From Alloascoidea hylecoeti (taxonomy: Eukaryota): a stretch of 64,000 nt of DNA. The notes below the pieces were generated by a model, which saw nothing but the letters and a program-made list of their open reading frames with translations, was not told the origin of the DNA and did no database searches. Below are positions 48,819-60,216 of this stretch, in pieces. The stretch spans positions 248,001 through 312,000 of the forward strand of contig BCKZ01000004.1 of assembly GCA_001600815.1 (NCBI GenBank), written 5' to 3'. Each line of letters begins with the position of its first letter. Position 1 is the stretch's first letter. The translations under genes and the position numbers were made by a program.

Positions 48819-49334
48819 ATTATAATCAAGTTACCTTTTTTGATTGTGAATGAAATTAATTTATAAAACCATTTGTTTTAATTTTTTTTATATTACATTA
48901 CATCTAAATCGCTACAAGAGTTTTATATAGCTGGTATTAATTGTTTCAGCATTTATACTCATTGGATTCATTATTATTTATCCTTTGCTTTCTTTTTATT
49001 TATATTTATTAATCAATTATTTTGGTTTCTCTATTTAATTTATCTTTTTGATGAATATTAATGTTTCTAATTAAATTTAAAGAAAATAAAAGGTTTGAAA
49101 GGATGATTTATTGGAGGGTGAAATAAGAACTAAGAACATTGTCGAAGTTTCAACTATTATATATATATTTAACTTAGAATTCATGAACATGATTATAAAA
49201 TTAATATATTTTAAATAATGCTATATTTGGAGTATAAACTCATATATTGTATATATTTCCCTCCATATAATAATAGGTTGGTTGGTTGATTCATCATTAA
49301 TATTGATATCCGTAATAGTATTGTGTTATTTACT

Positions 49335-49910
49335 TTACTGCTTCGATGCTTTCCTTTCTTCTACTATCGCTTTTAAATCTTCGGCATACTCATCTTTGTA
49401 AAGAGGTTTAGATCGGAAATTTCCAACAAAGTCGATTTTGCCCTGTAGACCAAAGGGGATTATCTAGTTAGCACAATTGAACATAACTTTAGATGAATAA
49501 AAGCAGTACATACCTGATATTTGTAACCAACATAACCAAGAGCTAATGGTGCTATAACTGCATAAAGCAGAACAGTCTTTGCGGCAGTTTTTGTGAATCT
49601 GAATAATTGGGGAAGACGAGATTGGAATGCTAGATACCAAAATTTGAATGATTAGGAACTGAAAAATCGAAAATTCAGATATTTTATGTGTCTGAAAACC
49701 TATCGATTAATAGATCTTGTATCCAGAAAACGAAGGTAGTATAAAATGTTAACTGTTGAAAGATTCACATACAATTGTAGGCCTGATATCCCTGGTCCGA
49801 TTTCAAAGCTATAAAAATTCATTAGCACATTTTCTCATTCAGATATTCCAAAGGTTGAACACCATAATCAAGGCTCTGTTCCACTCTAACATACCGTGTC
49901 CTCCTGCCAT
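49335..49910 (-). CDS. NADH:ubiquinone oxidoreductase accessory subunit B15 (NDUFB4/NB5M-like), 91 aa
   Basis: Exons 49895-49910, 49773-49808, 49514-49629, 49335-49442; three GTATGT introns with CTAAY branch sites. Protein MAGGHALKSDQGYQAYNSFQSRLPQLFRFTKTAAKTVLLYAVIAPLALGYVGYKYQGKIDFVGNFRSKPLYKDEY... has the FRFT motif, one TM and a G..DF.G..R tail. Confidence 0.8.
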
Positions 49911-50094
49911 TTTGATAGTCTGTTTCAATATTTGGTGAAGAAGGTTACAACAAATCTGCTCCAATTGGTCCAGTTCTTGGCACGTGTTTATCATGTGATC
50001 TGATGGAGATGCTCTTAATCTTAACTGCATCACGGAGTTCGGAACAAAATCTTTGTTAATCCAATTGAAAAAAATACTATCTTCACAACTAAAA

Positions 50095-50795
50095 ATGTCG
50101 TTTGAACCTTCCAAAATCTTTAGGATCGTCAATTTGGTGGTCGGTGGACTTTCCGTATGTTCTTTGCACTTGTACTTGCACTTGCACTTGCACTTGTACT
50201 TGATAATCAATATATCACTAATTCTGATGATTATTGTTTAGATTGCCGGTGGTATTTCTCAATTCTTCCCAATTTCTTTGTAAGTAATGATATTTACCTT
50301 GGAGATATAATATTGATTCAAAACACTAACAGAGTTTGTGAATATAGTCAATCTGTATGTTGTTATTTAGGGTTGTGGCGTGGTAATGCATCTCTATAGT
50401 TATTAACCCCGTAATTGTTAGGCGGTGATTGCTATTTTTGTTATTTTGTTTGGTGTGGCAATTGTTGGCTTGGAGTTTAAAAATCCATCAGCTCTGGTTT
50501 ATCCATATGCTTCGTTTCTCTACTCGTTTCTTGGAAGGGGGGTTTGTAAGTTCTTTACATTATTACATTATACAATGGAGTTGAAAATCTAAATTCTAAT
50601 CTGATTCTAATAGTCTACGTTTTCATCGGGTGCATTATCTTGCACGATCATGTTTTAAGAATCATCGTTGGTTCAATTATTGCTGGAATTGGTGTCATTT
50701 ACGTAATTATTAATTTTACACCAAGACTTGGGGATGATAAACCAGAAAGTATGAGACAAGAAAATGATTATGAACAACAGGGGGATATCGTTTAG
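50095..50795 (+). CDS. TVP15: Golgi membrane protein Tvp15 (COPI-associated family), 136 aa
   Basis: Exons 50095-50154, 50242-50279, 50348-50354, 50422-50545, 50614-50795. Protein MSFEPSKIFRIVNLVVGGLSIAGGISQFFPISFQSAVIAIFVILFG..LEF..YASFLYSFLGRGVFYVFIG..LHDHVLRII. Confidence 0.9.
50163..50202 (+). repeat. (CTTGCA/CTTGTA)n hexamer repeat in TVP15 intron 1
   Basis: Read directly, about 6 units. Confidence 0.85.
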
Positions 50796-50955
50796 GGCTA
50801 CCAATTGCAATATTATTGGAGATTATAACTATAGAATGATTGTTTTTTTAAATTTGTAATAAAATTATATTCTATCAGGTTATCACATAATTAAATGTGA
50901 TAACAATAAATTTAAATCTTTTTTATATAACTACAGTCACTATATATGTAAAATC

Positions 50956-52376
50956 CTATTCTCTGTTTCTTTTAAGAGGGCTGTTGATGTTTAGTGGGAC
51001 ATCGATTTTGTCTGCTGTAGTTGGTTTAACCATTGGTGTATTTAACACTTCAGCGTGATAATCTTCAATAATTGAATCAACATCATCAATATTCAAACTT
51101 CGTACATCTGCTAATTTTTTAATCTTAGCAGTAACTTCTTTAATTTGATCATCAGTAAGGTGTAGATTTAATTGTTCAACACGAGATTTAACTGCATTCC
51201 AGCCAGTTAATCGATGGGCAAAATGGATATATCTTGTTAAACCAAAATCTTCAGGTTTTAATATTTCATAAGTTGAAGGATTTGCCAAAATAGCTTTTGC
51301 ATGAATTCCTGCCTTATGAGTAAATGCACAAAATCCAGTAATTGGATTATTAAATGGAATATTCACTTGAACAGCTTGTGCAACCAAAATCTCCAAATCT
51401 CTTAGTTTTTTCAAGTTATATTTTTTAGTAACATAATCTCTATCAGCAGCAATCATTCTGGAAATGAGACCATTTAAAGGAGTAATACCATTTCTTTCAC
51501 CAATTCCAAGAACAGAAACATCAATTAATCTAGCACCAGCTTCCAATGCAGTATAAGCGTTTGCAATAGCACAACCTGTATCATTATGAAAATGACATTC
51601 AATATCACAAGAAACAACAGATTTCAAAGTTCTAACCAATTCATAAACTTGTCTTGGATTAGCACAACCAACAGTATCAGCAATACCAACTCTATTTACA
51701 CCAATTTTATCAACAGTTTTATAAATGTTTAATAAATCAACAAGATCACTTCTAAAAGAATCTTCTGAAGAAAATCTAATTTCAATTCCTTTACTTTTAA
51801 CAAACTCAATAACCTCAATAGCACTATTTGTAATATAAGACATATCTTTACCATGAGAATAAGTTCTTAAGAATTGAGAAGTACCAATAACAACGTCAAC
51901 ACCATCAACTCCTGTTTCAACAGCAATTCTAGCATCATCCATATGACATCTAATATGAGTTAAGATTTTAGCTTTTAATCCTAATTTACAGATAGCTTCA
52001 CAATCTAATCTTGATTGTTCAGAAGCAACTGGTGATGTTAATTCAATATAATCAACACCAAATTCATCCAAAGCTTTTGCAATTTTTATTTTTGTTTCGG
52101 TATCAAAGAAAGCATTTGCAAATTGTTCACCTTCTCGAAGAGTAGATTCAATGATTTGGAAATTTCCAACATTTGATAAGAAATCTTGTGGATTGGCAGC
52201 GTATGGATTTGTTGTAGCGATGGATTCATGGACCTCTTGAAATTCACCTATAGTAATACAAAACAAAACAAAAAAAGGGAAAAAAAGAATGAGTCACAAT
52301 TAAATTCTAATTATGATGGATATATTTATAATTTTATATTGAATGAGGTTATCTTACCAAGATTTGCTTCCGACAT
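50956..52376 (-). CDS. LYS20: Homocitrate synthase
   Basis: Exons 52358-52376 and 50956-52247 (intron GTAAGA..TAG); [32 protein letters not shown] and [12 protein letters not shown] motifs. LYS20 vs LYS21 cannot be distinguished. Confidence 0.96.
52290..52296. promoter_or_regulatory. Gcn4/AP-1 consensus TGAGTCA inside the homocitrate synthase intron
   Basis: ATGAGTCAC read directly; lysine biosynthesis genes are classic Gcn4 targets. Confidence 0.45.
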
Positions 52377-52809
52377 ATTTAAAAATTAAATATCTTGGAT
52401 GATAAATATAATTGGTGTGTTTAAATGAGGAGAAGATGTCGATGAATATTTTGGAAAGGAAATGTGTTTACATCTAATTTCAAATACATGCATTATTTCC
52501 TATCTTTTTGATGCCTTTAAATTTAATTTAAAGTTACACTATAAGCTAGGCCTCAATTACTTTTTGAAAAATGAATGAAATATAAACGGAAAACTATATG
52601 ACATAAAAAAAACAAACTAATATATTGAGCCCAATAAATACATAAACTTTTCAATGATAAACCTTATAATGATGATGATAATAATGACGAAACAATGACT
52701 CGATGTAATTATGAGTGATATAAATAAATTTTGAATCTAAAAACCAAGTCAAGAGTTGAATAATAAAATACAGGAGGATTTTTAAGAGGATAGGAAAGGG
52801 TATGGTCAA

Positions 52810-54133
52810 CTATTGAGAAACACGTTCTACTAATCTGAAAATACTAACAGTAAACGTCATTACCCACATACAAAGTACCAAAAATAAAATTCCAGCCAAA
52901 CCTCTTTGTCTGGAACAAATATTACCAATGTAAGGACTGTTTCTATCACTATTTGATGGTAAAGTGCAAACCCAGGTTTTGTCATAAAGGGTATTAAAAG
53001 TGAGAGATAGATTAGCAGACGAAAATATAATAAATAATAAATCCAGCATTATTAGTCGCATTTTTGCAGCTGGATCTCGTAAACCCAACTGTTTACTTGA
53101 GTATTCATCCGATGTTATCCACACGAGATAAACTAGCGCTATTGATTGAACACAAATAGCCATTATTGTAGAAGGTTGTTGAGGCACCGTATGACTTGAG
53201 TTTTTGGAATGTACAAAAACAGCGCCAGCAAGACCAAGAGCACATACTGTAAATATAAAAGTAATCGCCCGTAATGAAAGTGGTACATGGGGATTATTTA
53301 ACATAATTTTCATTAATTTTGGTTTCCATCTCGCTCTAGTTTCTTCAGATAACCAAAATCTTGCACTTGTAAAATTATTATCACCCTCTTTTAATTTTTC
53401 TTGTCGTAATTTAGTATTTTGTCGCACACGTTCTTTTAAAGCCGCTCTCCTACTATAACGTATGGAGTCATCATCCATTGCTTCCCTTGCTAAATCGTCA
53501 AAGGCCGTAGTTGCACCCCTCCATTCACCGTAGAGATCATTTTTAAATACTTTATGGGCGTCTTCTTCTGTTAAGACATGTTCATTTGCAAATACAGTTT
53601 TATGTTGCAAGGCTGATAAAAAACTACCCCATGAATTGATTCTTTCGTTAAATGGATCCTTGCTTGCTATAATTAAGGTTAGAACAAATAATGGGTGAAT
53701 TTTGGGAAAAAGACAATGGAGAAGATTTGAAAGAAAAAAAGGGAATATTATACATACATATTGAATCGGTGTCATCCTGTTTGAGTTTCCCATTCGCACG
53801 AGCAGTCTTACCTGAAGGATAATAGTCATTTTTCTCTAAATCTATATCCTTCTCGTTTATTTGAGCATTTGCCAGTCTATCAAGCACATATATAGGGACC
53901 GGTTGGACGGAATGTCTATATATCAGCCGATTTGCCTCTTCTTCTTCTAACCTTTGAACAACACCTTCACTAGCGGCTGAAATAGGAGGTCCCAAATCCG
54001 AGTGGTCGGTATCGTAGTTTTGGGTCGGAGAGGAGGAAATATGATTTATATCCGTAGGAGGCATATGAGAGTCCGAAACTCCCCTGATGTATATACCATC
54101 TGGTTTGGCGATCTCTGGAGAAGTGGTCTGCAT
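52810..54133 (-). CDS. SRF1: Regulator of phospholipase D Srf1
   Basis: Exons 53758-54133 and 52810-53666 (intron GTATGT..TTCTAAC..TAG); VP.YVLD, QQPSTIMAICVQ, DEYSSKQLGLRDP..KMRLIMLDLLFIIFSSANLSL and C.RQR.L motifs. Alternative upstream ATG at 54223. Confidence 0.9.
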
Positions 54134-54233
54134 TGAAGTGTAGTACAAGGCAGAACCTGTTTTGTGGTACAAAGGGGAGTATAGGGAGGTTGTAGCACGA
54201 TCAGTCAGCAACAATCGTTTCATGACATAAGCG

Positions 54234-54334
54234 TGACGTCAGCGTAGCGGAAGTACGGCCCTACCTCCATTCCGACCGATTCGTCTGCTTTGGGAAACAC
54301 AGTCACAAATGTTACATTGCGGTCTGTTACCCGG
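54234..54334. promoter_or_regulatory. SRF1/RPL41 divergent promoter: CRE (TGACGTCA 54234), Homol-E-like CCCTACC (54259), Homol-D CAGTCACA (54300), Reb1-type TTACCCGG (54327)
   Basis: Exact motif matches clustered within ~100 bp directly upstream of a ribosomal protein gene. Confidence 0.6.
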
Positions 54335-54475
54335 ACACATCTTCCTTTTTAGCATAAGAATCCGAAGAAAATCATCTTCTTCTCTTCAGAATCATCCAAT
54401 CCATTAATCAAGTATGTAACATCAACCGTTTGCCTTCGCCCCACAATTTGTTCGTATATTAACTGTTTTTTTAGG

Positions 54476-54553
54476 ATGAGAGCTAAATGGAGAAAGAAGA
54501 GAGTTAGAAGACTTAAGAGAAAGAGACGGAAGGTTAGAGCCAGATCCAAATAA
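54476..54553 (+). CDS. RPL41: 60S ribosomal protein L41 (eL41), 25 aa
   Basis: MRAKWRKKRVRRLKRKRRKVRARSK*; 5'UTR intron 54412-54474 (GTATGT..TATTAAC..TTTTTTAG) ends 1 nt before the ATG. Confidence 0.97.
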   Translation: MRAKWRKKRVRRLKRKRRKVRARSK

Positions 54554-55067
54554 GCGCATCCCTCTTCAATTAATTGATTACTGAAATATCACACTTGTTG
54601 GTCAACATTTTATTCATTCAATCGACAGTCGACCTTTTTGGAACTACACTTTTGGTTAAATTTGCATTGTGATGCCGAGAAGCGCGATACTATGGTCTTG
54701 TTCAATTATATGAGTATGGTAGATGCCAATTCCTGATCATATTTGTTATTTGTTATGTTGTTTTTTACAAGCTTTTAATATATGACGCCTTGATCTTGAT
54801 TAATTACAATTGTAGTACTGTAGATTTCTTTTAATAACTGTAGGAACATCATCGAAGAAACCCTGCTTCAGAAATACAATGATTAGACTTGGTTATGGGG
54901 GCCGATGGTTTGGTTCGTCGCGTGACTGAACATTTCCAATGATGGCCGAAATTAAGTGAAATCACAGTGTCGGATATTTCCGAGAAACTGATATGGAAGT
55001 AAAATGTCGATTACATGATAACGTTATTTTATATTGATTGGTGTCTATTTACTGAGGTGTATTGGAA

Positions 55068-55777
55068 CTAAAGCTTTGAAGTTACCTTTTGGGCTCTATC
55101 AATTGCAATATCGCACATAGCCTAGAGAAAACATATAGTTAGTAATTATAATTATCAAGTGCCAATGATCTTGAGATAGACTCAATTCCCAAAGATCTAT
55201 CCAAGGATGTAAATTCACTTACATTAAAGGCTTCTCTCTTCTCCGCTTCAATATCACCCCGCTCTATACGTCTCTTCATATCCTCCATAATAATCTCTCT
55301 GCTTCTACCATTGACGAACACAACGTATCGTAAACCAGGAAATGTCTCTTCATATAAAGCATTCAAAGTTGCTAATTTATTAGCTAATTCAACATTCCCA
55401 TCATTCAAAGACGCTTGTTCTGATTTTGAATGATCTGAAAGAGAATCAACTTGTGCTTTTGGTACCCCAAGTCTAGGATGCGCAGCGATAATTTCATTAA
55501 CTTGTTGAATCCTTTCTATTTTTTCCAATCTACTCAATGTACTTGTTTTGTGTGTAATTGCTCCCAGGAAATAAAGTAATTGTTCTCTTATACTATTAAT
55601 CAAAACAAAGTATGATTCAAAACTAGAGGCTGAAAAATCGGTAAAGAAATTATCCAAGATTAGAGATGTAAGAGTTGGACATTCTTCAAATAAACTGTTA
55701 AGAACCTCAATCTGTTGTTCTCGGGGCAATTGCTTTATTGAGCTGGAGTCAGGAAAAATTCCCAATGGAAAAGGCAT
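55068..55777 (-). CDS. OHCU decarboxylase (urate catabolism), peroxisomal PTS1
   Basis: Exons 55223-55777 and 55068-55121 (intron GTAAGT..TACTAAC..TAG); LFE, IAAHPRLG, S.SEQ, LNALYEETFPGLRYVVFVNGRSR and AMCDIAIDR motifs; ends in SKL*. Confidence 0.9.
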
Positions 55778-55837
55778 ATTTAGTTAGTGTATAAATAAGT
55801 ATCAAATTTATTAATAGTCTTTATACTCCATAAATGT

Positions 55838-56058
55838 CCGGGTAAACAAGTTCGATTTCTATTTCAATATCCCCGTTTATAATTAGTATAACTTGAGCCA
55901 CAAAACGAAGTATATTTTTCTACTCTATTATTGAATAAACATTAACTGCTTAATGTATTGCAAGAATATAGTCATTAGCATTAGGTTCAAAATAGAAAAT
56001 ATATAAAATCAGGTGTCTAAATTGTGAAGATTTTACTTTCATCCAACACACACGTGAC
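55838..56058. promoter_or_regulatory. Divergent promoter with Reb1-type CCGGGTAA (55838) and Cbf1-type CACGTGAC (56051)
   Basis: Exact consensus matches between the OHCU decarboxylase and RDI1 start codons. Confidence 0.5.
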
Positions 56059-56222
56059 GTGTCATTATTATATATTTTGACTTCCCCTGATCTCTTTTTT
56101 CTTTTACCCTTCTACTCTTTTTCTCTACCTGCTCTTCTTTTTTCCCTCTTAACCTTTGGAAATTCTCAATAAGACTCTATTAAAAGGGTGTCAACTATAT
56201 TATAAAGTAAACTGGATCAATT

Positions 56223-56895
56223 ATGTCTAATCCAAAATTAGAGATCGATGAGGAACTCGCTCCTGAAGACGCCCCAGGATACGTTGTCACTGCCAAAAAA
56301 ACCTTGGAAGAATATGCAAAATTAGATGCCGAAGATGAGTCTTTAAAGAAATGGAAGGAATCCCTTGGGATCTCCACATCCAATACCATTGGTGATCCCA
56401 ATGATAAACGAAAAGTTGTTATCTTGGAACTCGCTGTTCTTATTGAAGGGCGTGACCCAATTGTTTTCGATTTAGAAGACGCTGCTGCCTTAGAAACATT
56501 GAAAAGAAAACCAATCATTTTAAAGGAGAAATGTGTTTATAGATTGAAGATTAAGTTTCGTATTCAACATGAAATTGTTACTGGTTTGAAATATTTACAA
56601 TCTGTTAAAAAGGCGGGTATACGTGTTGATAAAACCGAAGAAAACTGTGGAAGCTTCGCCCCCAACACAACAGATAAGCCATTCTATGAACGTGAATGTA
56701 AGCAATTATATTTATTATCTCTTCCCTGATATTTTTACTAACTATGTTCCTTCCTTTTTAGTCGCTGAAGAAGAAGCGCCATCTGGTCTATTAGCAAGAG
56801 GTTCTTACCAAGCAACAACTAAGTTTGTTGATGATGATAAAGTTGTCCATTTACAATTTCCCTGGTCATTTGAAATCAAGAAAGTTTGGGCTTAA
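56223..56895 (+). CDS. RDI1: Rho GDP-dissociation inhibitor
   Basis: Exons 56223-56697 and 56762-56895 (intron GTAAGC..TACTAAC..TAG); LDAEDESLKKWKESLG, IVTGLKY, GSFAPN, EEAPSGLLARGSY and FVDDDK motifs. Confidence 0.96.
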
Positions 56896-58784
56896 ACAGG
56901 TTTATTTCATTACTTTTAACGACTTTTTCCCTCTCCTTTCTTTCATCAACTTACTGAAGAAAAAATAATATATCTAATTTACTTATAATTAACATGTACT
57001 TCCTTTGAGATTTACTAGTATATTTTGTTTATATCTGTTTTTTTTTAATTTAATTGGTTTATTAAATCGAAGAAAAAAAAAAGATTTGCGATAAAATGTG
57101 CTACCCGCAGGCGCTATAGCTATTTGTTAAGTTATAATTTATCTTTTTTTTTACTGAAGAGGAATTGAGTGTCTCTGGGTATTTCAATTATGAACTTGAT
57201 ACACATCTAACAGACAATTGACTCAATCGTGCATTAATAATTACTATTCATGACGGTTGGTGATGTTTGTGTGTCAGTATTAGATACTACGTAGTTGCCA
57301 AATTTAGAGTTTTTAGATCCACTTGCATTACATTGTGATTTCTGATTTTGTTTCATACTAAATATAACAGATCATGATGATCTGTTAGCGTGCGAATAAA
57401 AGATAATTTTCACCTTAACGTGATTTAAAAGATGTTAAGGCACGTGAAGTTCATTGTGAACCGTATCAATCGATTCAACCAAATATATATGTAAACTTTT
57501 CAACAAATTAAACTCTTCGAAATTTCAAGTGAGCATTGTTGGAAAGGTGATGTCATAAAACTGGCAGGAAAACTACAATAGATCTAATTAACAATGAAGA
57601 TCTAAGAAGTAAAAGACAGTGGGAGAATGTTGTGCATGGCGGCCAGATCTGACCGGGTTCCCTTGACACGAGTCCCACGATCGTCCCACAAGTACTGTCG
57701 ATGTAGGATTATGCAATATTTGTCATTGGAGTGAAGCCATCCCAAAAGCTTGGGGGTTGTCATACATGAATTTACTGAAGTGTTCTTTTCTGAATGTTTA
57801 GGCCTAGGGATAAGTAATAAGGTACAACAGTACTGGTGATTCAATTGCAATTGCTTATCATTATCACATTACCCACAAGGGTAAAAATATCAAAAAATTT
57901 TAAAAGAATTATTAGAAATACATGTAGGTGAATTTCAAAGATCACTGTATTCAAAGAGGCTCTGAGAGTACGGTAACCGCTTTTTTTCGAGTATACTGAA
58001 TATAATTCTCTAGGGATGATCTGTGAAGGGAGAAGTCATTTGCGATATTTCCACGGGATACTTTGGGGTTCAGCTACGCATGACACGTTCCAATCTCATA
58101 TGTCGATTGTCCTTTTCCCGCTTTAAAAGGAGGTTCTTTTTGTCATGGTGGTGACTGGTTAATTATTAAGAATATAATTACATAGACAGTTAGATATTCC
58201 TCTTTTATTATCTATTTAGTTAGATAATAGCCAATCCTATGGGTTCAACAGTACTACATCTCCAACTATGTACTATAATTGCACTTAGTACTGCGCGTTT
58301 GAATTATTGGGGTAATTGGGGGAAATCCAAAAAGGGGTTATTTATCATTATGAAAAACAAGAAGACCTTATCAGGGAAAAACGAGATATGTAAAATCCTT
58401 TATGGTTCGGGTTAATAGGAGGAAAATTTAATTATAAATAGACGAAGAAAGTTCATTTATTCAACAGCTTGGAGTTCGAGACAAATTCCTCTTTACGCTG
58501 CAATACCCTGCATTTTTTGAAACCTTATTCCAAAAAGACTTTTTTTACACCCATTATTTTACACGTCATGCAGTGCTCACGACAAAATTTGTTCAAGATT
58601 TCTTTATGGGGCTGTATGGCTCTTAGCAGCTTAACTATTGTTGATCGGACGGAGAATGGTGCTTGCTTCTAGATATACCCGTAACCAAAATTTCAACGGG
58701 CTAGTAGTTAATTTATCTCGAAATGCCTGGATATAACAATAAAAAGAAAAATAAATTTTAATAAATATGGTGGGATAATTCAAT

Positions 58785-58829
58785 AAGAAAGACAAGAAAG
58801 ACAAGAAAGACAAGAAAGACAAGAAAGAT
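58785..58829 (+). repeat. (AAGAAAGAC)x~5 short tandem repeat
   Basis: Read directly from the sequence. Confidence 0.9.
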
Positions 58830-60216
58830 GAAAGAAAGATGTATTAAGATAAAGAGGTTTTGGATTATATAAATGATTTCTTTCTTTAAATAGTTTCTAG
58901 TTAGTCATTTAATTGGAAATTATGTAAATTTAAAAAAAAAAAATGAGGTTAAAGTTTAAGAAACATTGATCAACAGTGTTTCCGGGAGAAATTTTTGGCG
59001 ATATTTCAAAGGGAGAATGTTGCTCTGCTTCTCTCATATATTCTATTAAGTATGAAGGACGAGAGCCTGAATATGTGGCGCTTAGTCTCCATTATGAGAG
59101 TACATAACAAACTCTGATAATCTCAATGAATTGAAGTTGATAAGCGGCATATTAAAAAATGGTCATTGGAAAGAAGAGGAAGTTAAATTGGTGAATATCC
59201 CTTGATTAGGCATATTTAGATTGAAATGAAATGCGATAATAATAAATCGATAAGAAAAACGAACCACAATAGTAGCTAATTGCAAAATATATTGATATTT
59301 TTCCCTTCATTTTCCGATATTTTCTCTGCTCGTTAACTGAATGATCAATTTTTTCATTGGGCAATAATTAATGTTTTGACATTTTAGAGAATAATTATCA
59401 TTAACAAAATACTATAGCTATTACCTATAGACTAATTAGCTGCTTCAGCAAACTGGCAACAAACCGTTTAGGTAGTCTGATCTACAAAGTATCGGCACTT
59501 GAATTTCAAATAGTTGTTATTCGCCTGAATAATTATTGGCGTTGGTGTGAAATATTATCGGCACTTGTTAGTTACTTAAGACTTAACCTATGAACACGTC
59601 AATTGCAAAATGAATGCTCAACTTGCAAACATTTTCTATCCACAAATCTTCCAATATAGTCCTATAGCTAACTAATTTTACCTTCTTACAATTGGGACTA
59701 CTTAGTCACTACTAGTATTTATGAGTGTAATCATATGTTCTTAGACGTACGCATCAATGACAGTAGTAATGATATTAAAAATAAGTGAAATTGCAAGTCT
59801 AAATTTAAAGTATCAAATAACTTTCTTTTCTTTATAACTGTTTAATATTATAAAACAATAAAAAATTTTAAATCTATGTTGATCAAAATTATTCATTAAG
59901 ATTAAACAGTTTATTATATATTTATATAAGACCATGAAAAAGAAAAAGGATGTAGTAAAGTTAAAGTGTTTTTAATTACAAGTCAGAATTAATTATTATA
60001 CGATAAAAATATATATATATAGTAAAACAAAATTACAAAGAGGATTATATATGATATAGTATATATATATATATATGTAAAAAAGTACAATATAGTAAAG
60101 CAAAATATTAATGGATATATATAATATAATATAATATATATGATATTAAATGCGGCAATAATATAAGAGTAAAAAAAAGAGGGAGATATAAAAGTAATAA
60201 AATATCTTATTAATTA

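Noticed and set aside
48549..48866. 105-aa hydrophobic ORF with (FCFVL)n
   Set aside because: Produced by the (GTTTT)18 microsatellite.
49756..50399. Four short overlapping ORFs in the track
   Set aside because: Explained by exons and introns of the NDUFB4-like gene and TVP15 and by the intronic hexamer repeat.
54349..54549. 66-aa minus-strand ORF
   Set aside because: Antisense shadow of RPL41.
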